Shown here: positions 16,534 to 19,359 of the stretch, in pieces
Numbering within the stretch: the stretch's first letter is position 1
Layout: every line of letters begins with the position of its first letter
IMG/VR virus record: IMGVR_UViG_2703718791_000007
Span: 1-19,359 of that record
DNA length: 19,359 bases
Direction: 5' to 3' (one strand)
Source of the DNA: a virus
Lineage: Duplodnaviria; Heunggongvirae; Uroviricota; Caudoviricetes
Translations under genes and position numbers: made by a program
The notes under the pieces: generated by a model
What the model was told of the DNA's origin: nothing
What the model saw: only the letters and a program-made list of their open reading frames with translations
Database searches by the model: none

Positions 16534-17024
16534 GTATCCTCCGGATAATAAAAAGCCAGCTTAGTGCACTGAGTGCGGATATATTCCTGCGCCCCTTCCA
16601 GCTGCTTCTGCATTGTCATCAACCGTTCTCTGAGGATGAAATAATCCCGTTCAGCGGTGTCTGCCAGTCGGGGGCCGGTTGCATTATCCACGCTGGAGGT
16701 GCCGGTGGCTTCACGCACGGTACCGGGGCAGGTGGCGTTGACCCGCAGGCGCTTACGACCAGCGGCAACATCAGCGCGCAGAGTTTCAATTTCAGCTCTC
16801 GCATCGGCTAATTCCTTCGTGTATCTGGCATCAAGCGCAGCGACATCTCGCTGGCGCTGCTGCATGTCAGTAATAGTGGCATTCGCCAGTTTCAGCTCAC
16901 TGACTTTTTTATCGCGCTGCGCTTTGTAGGTGATGGCGTTATCGCGGTAATGATTCAGCCCCAGACTAAGCACACCACAGGCTACCAGCAGGACAATAAT
17001 CACCACACACAGAACACGGTTCAT
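16530..17024 (-). CDS. Rz: i-spanin Rz
   Basis: From ATG 17022..17024: [78 protein letters not shown]…[26 protein letters not shown], closely matching lambda Rz as recalled. The track ORF start at 17108 is an upstream non-ATG extension. Confidence 0.93.
16619..16804 (-). CDS. Rz1: o-spanin Rz1, lipoprotein embedded in the +1 frame of Rz
   Basis: [61 protein letters not shown]: lipobox VSAC, Pro-rich mature part, and near-identity to lambda Rz1 over [27 protein letters not shown] as recalled. Confidence 0.9.
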   Translation of the reverse strand: MRELKLKLCALMLPLVVSACGSTPPAPVPCVKPPAPPAWIMQPAPDWQTPLNGIISSSENG

Positions 17025-17242
17025 ATCACCACCAACGGATTGCCCAGACCAGAACAGCAATGGCCACAATACGAATGGCAAATGCCATTGCCCGAATAAG
17101 TTCAGCACTCATCTTTTTAAAGTTCACGATTTCAGCGCAATGACCAGTTTTGCCAGCCCATACAGCATCGGAGACACAGCAATACCAACAGCCACCCACT
17201 TAATAGCAAAAGCCAGCGCTCTGCTGATGTCATCAGTCACTG

Positions 17243-17374
17243 TCACCCCAGCAGCCCCGACGAAGACAACATCACCCAGGCGAGGGACAGAAAAAGAGCA
17301 ACCAGCATTAGTGAAAATGAAATACCGACAATCACACACAGGACCTTTGCCGGCGTTATGAGTTTGTCTGACAT
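17243..17374 (-). CDS. Candidate small membrane protein, 43 aa, in the R-Rz spacer
   Basis: Hand-translated MSDKLITPAKVLCVIVGISFSLMLVALFLSLAWVMLSSSGLLG; AAGGGG about 5 nt upstream of the ATG. A second hydrophobic reading (…DDISRALAFAIKWVAVGIAVSPMLYGLAKLVIALKS) follows in another frame. Confidence 0.35.
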   Translation of the reverse strand: MSDKLITPAKVLCVIVGISFSLMLVALFLSLAWVMLSSSGLLG

Positions 17375-17543
17375 AGCTACCCCTTAATTGCCACAATTAA
17401 CTGGGATACTACCCATAAAAAAGGGATGCTCCAGACCAGCAAAAATTTCCAGTTTGGTAATTGACTAATCATGAGTCGCAACTCCCTAATCAGTTTGCTA
17501 AAATCAATCAAGGCAGCCTCCCATAGCTTACTGCCATAAAAAC

Positions 17544-17580
17544 AAAACCCCGCTTGCTGCCAACAAACGGGGTTTTTACT
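17544..17580. terminator. Bidirectional intrinsic-terminator-like hairpin about 90 nt downstream of the endolysin gene
   Basis: aaaaCCCCG(cttgctgccaacaaa)CGGGGttttt: GC stem flanked by an A-run on one side and a T-run on the other, so both strands have stem plus U-tract. Confidence 0.55.
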
Positions 17581-17666
17581 TTTATTCACTTACGTTTCGC
17601 CAGTTCGCAGGATTTCATGTTATCCGCCCGCGTGGCCATGCCTTATTTTTCAGCAAAATATTCTGC

Positions 17667-18200
17667 TTATCTGTCGATACCCCAGCACGCCAGCGCGCTC
17701 TCCTGGTCACGACGGGATACCTGACCGTAGCAGTTGTTTGAACGAATACGGCAGTCTCTGCCAGCGTCCTTAATCCACCAGCGAATCGCCTCACATGCTC
17801 CCCTGCGATCACCAGCATTAATTCGTCTGTAAAACGTCGACGGGAAACACTTACCGGGACCAATGTTGTACGGACAGAATGACGCGATCCCCGCTTTCTG
17901 GGGTTCGGTCAATGGCACTTTGATGTTTTTCTCCACCCATGCCAGCGCCTTATCACGTTCGATGGCGTTAACCTGGTCGCATTTCTCCTTCGACAACTTC
18001 ATGCCCGGGACGACAGGTTTACCATCCACCAGAATGGCACCGCGACAGATGGTCCAGATACCCGCGCCATCACGGTATGCCGTGGTGTGGTTACCTTCCT
18101 TTTCATCCAGAAACTGGTCGAGAATGTCAGGCGCAGGCGCACCAGCGGCAATCAGCGCCAGAACGGCAGCCGACAGGCCGTATTTGATTTTGGTGTTCAT
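17667..18200 (-). CDS. R: SAR endolysin (phage lysozyme, T4/P21-type)
   Basis: 177-aa ORF with weakly hydrophobic Gly/Ala-rich N-terminal segment (YGLSAAVLALIAAGAPA) typical of a signal-anchor-release domain, followed by the catalytic E…D…T spacing (EGNHTTAYRDGAGIWT). Resembles the E. coli Qin prophage lysozyme as recalled. Confidence 0.9.
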   Translation of the reverse strand: MNTKIKYGLSAAVLALIAAGAPAPDILDQFLDEKEGNHTTAYRDGAGIWTICRGAILVDGKPVVPGMKLSKEKCDQVNAIERDKALAWVEKNIKVPLTEPQKAGIASFCPYNIGPGKCFPSTFYRRINAGDRRGACEAIRWWIKDAGRDCRIRSNNCYGQVSRRDQESALACWGIDR

Positions 18201-18236
18201 GGATATATTAAATATTCAGCCGCTGTCCCTGGCCCA

Positions 18237-18794
18237 CTAAATACGCACTTTAAGATAAGTCAGCCCCGGATGAAGCCAGTAAGCCGGCACTTTTTTAAAG
18301 GGTGGAGTATTAAAATCACGAAGAAGAGCCTCCCGCACAATTGCATCCTTATCAGCACCACTGGCCAGCGCTTCAATCTCAGCGGCTACCTGAAGATATC
18401 CCATGCAACGGCCAACGCGCTTCATCAGCCCCTGCTTTTTATTGTTCTTCAGGTAATCAATGGCAAATTCAATGAGCTCCTCACTGTGCTGGTGCGATGG
18501 AGGTGTTACTTTCCCATTTTCTGAGATGGTTATTTTCCCAGCATCACCGGATACAACAAAGGATGGCCGGTTACACTCCCATTCCAGCTCACTGAAATTA
18601 TCATTATGAATACTGAAACACTCTGAGAGATTTCTGCTCATCACTTTCCGACAATAATCGTCAAACGCAGCAAACTGCTCATCGCGGCGTTTTTTTTCAT
18701 CTTCAGAAGGCATCAGCGTCGACAGTTTTTTATTCAGTTCAGCAATTTCATTTTCCAGACGACTGAAGCGCTGATTCATTTCTTCATGGTTCAT
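18237..18794 (-). CDS. Hypothetical soluble protein, ~185 aa, between holin and endolysin genes
   Basis: ORF MNHEEMNQRFSRLENEIAELNKKLSTLMPSEDEKKRRDEQFAAF… (ATG 18792..18794; GTG 18795..18797 abuts the S stop). Predicted coiled-coil N-terminus, no hydrophobic segments. Local base composition looks more AT-rich than the tail genes. Family not recognised. Confidence 0.7.
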   Translation of the reverse strand: MNHEEMNQRFSRLENEIAELNKKLSTLMPSEDEKKRRDEQFAAFDDYCRKVMSRNLSECFSIHNDNFSELEWECNRPSFVVSGDAGKITISENGKVTPPSHQHSEELIEFAIDYLKNNKKQGLMKRVGRCMGYLQVAAEIEALASGADKDAIVREALLRDFNTPPFKKVPAYWLHPGLTYLKVRI

Positions 18795-18797
18795 CAC

Positions 18798-19013
18798 CTA
18801 ATCTCCCCGGGCAGCCTTGCGACGGTCCTCTTTAATTTTGAAATACAGGTTAGTCAGATACGTCAGCAGGCCAAACAGCAGACTCCCCAGCACACCTATC
18901 GCCACCCACTGGGACGGAGAGACTTTGTCCAGCAGCTGCAATAACCAGTATCCCGTCCCCACCGCTGACGTGGTGTATGACACACCTGTTGTGATTTTTT
19001 CCATCTGGTACAT
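18798..19013 (-). CDS. S: Pinholin, phage 21 S-type class II holin with dual-start motif
   Basis: 71-aa [74 protein letters not shown]; strongly resembles S21 and E. coli essD as recalled; Met1/Met4 dual start; two transmembrane segments. Confidence 0.92.
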   Translation of the reverse strand: MYQMEKITTGVSYTTSAVGTGYWLLQLLDKVSPSQWVAIGVLGSLLFGLLTYLTNLYFKIKEDRRKAARGD

Positions 19014-19048
19014 ACCCCGTCTCCCGTTATCCGGAAGCTCACAACATG

Positions 19049-19078
19049 AAAAAGGCCAGCAGCTGTTTACTGATGGCC
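19049..19078 (-). terminator. Weak hairpin plus U-tract immediately upstream of S, possibly a tR'-like late terminator
   Basis: Minus strand GGCCATCAG-TAAACAG-CTGCTGGCC followed by TTTTTC, 30-35 nt before the S ATG; the stem has one mismatch. Confidence 0.3.
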
Positions 19079-19089
19079 CTGACTCCCCG

Positions 19090-19359
19090 TTACAGCATCA
19101 TGACCGATTCGGGTTGAGGTTCAGTCGCATCGGCGACCGGTGATTCAGGCTGAACTTCACCGCTCTCTGCGGTGGTATCTCCCGCTTCAGTCGGTGGCTC
19201 TGCCTGTACACCAAGCAGCTCATCCAGAATGGCATCAACCTCTGCATCAAGACGCGCTTCCAGGTTATGGCGAAGTTTTTGTTTCAGTGCGCTCAGGACT
19301 TCTTCAGAGCGCAGGACTTCCTTCACTGCCTCAGCAGTGACCAGGGATGTAATTTCTGA
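19090..19359 (-). CDS. 3' part of an ORF running off the window edge; acidic Pro/Glu-rich C-terminus; function unknown
   Basis: The frame is open from the window edge to the stop at 19090: …[89 protein letters not shown]. No homolog recognised; coding status uncertain. Confidence 0.35.
   Translation of the reverse strand, partial: SEITSLVTAEAVKEVLRSEEVLSALKQKLRHNLEARLDAEVDAILDELLGVQAEPPTEAGDTTAESGEVQPESPVADATEPQPESVMML

Noticed and set aside
17124-17589. Track ORFs 17124..17396 (90 aa) and 17377..17589 (70 aa) as single genes
   Set aside because: Both begin at non-ATG codons; the 70-aa frame reads through the terminator hairpin and the N-terminal half of the 90-aa frame is not protein-like. 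Only the internal ATG-initiated hydrophobic segments seemed plausible, and those are reported separately.
1-19359. Stop-codon reassignment (TAG read as an amino acid)
   Set aside because: Only two in-frame TAGs, replacing different amino acids (Trp and Glu), and TAG is used as a normal terminator elsewhere in the window (for example the S stop at 18798..18800); point mutation or base-call error is far more likely.
1-19359. tRNA genes, CRISPR arrays, integrase or transposase, Chi sites
   Set aside because: No cloverleaf-like candidates, no regularly spaced direct repeats, no recombinase-like ORFs in the track, and no GCTGGTGG octamers found by eye; scanning was manual and could miss short elements.

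Overview
This window is the late (morphogenesis plus lysis) region of a lambda-like phage or prophage, encoded almost entirely on the minus strand. Calls rest on reading the supplied ORF translations against lambda and E. coli prophage proteins recalled from memory; no searches were run. Reading the minus strand from high to low coordinates: a partial ORF open to the window edge, a phage-21-type pinholin S, an unexpected 185-aa gene, a SAR endolysin R, a ~640-bp spacer with small hydrophobic ORFs and a bidirectional terminator, Rz/Rz1 spanins, a 74-aa ORF coupled to Rz, an AT-rich region with a plus-strand RHH-like gene, a lambda-type cos site (cosN 15296-15307), then Nu1, A, W, B, C/Nu3, D, E, FI, FII, Z, U, V, G/G-T, H, M, L, K and the 5' end of I. 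The most notable points are: (1) single in-frame TAG codons interrupt two essential genes (terminase A and tail protein M) with everything downstream intact; (2) the window starts with a 103-bp perfect inverted repeat pair flanking a 157-bp segment that carries the start of gene I in the opposite orientation to K; (3) the lysis cassette carries extra material between S and R and between R and Rz; (4) the structural module and cos are lambda-type while the lysis module is phage-21/Qin-type. No tRNA, rRNA, CRISPR array or transposase was seen.
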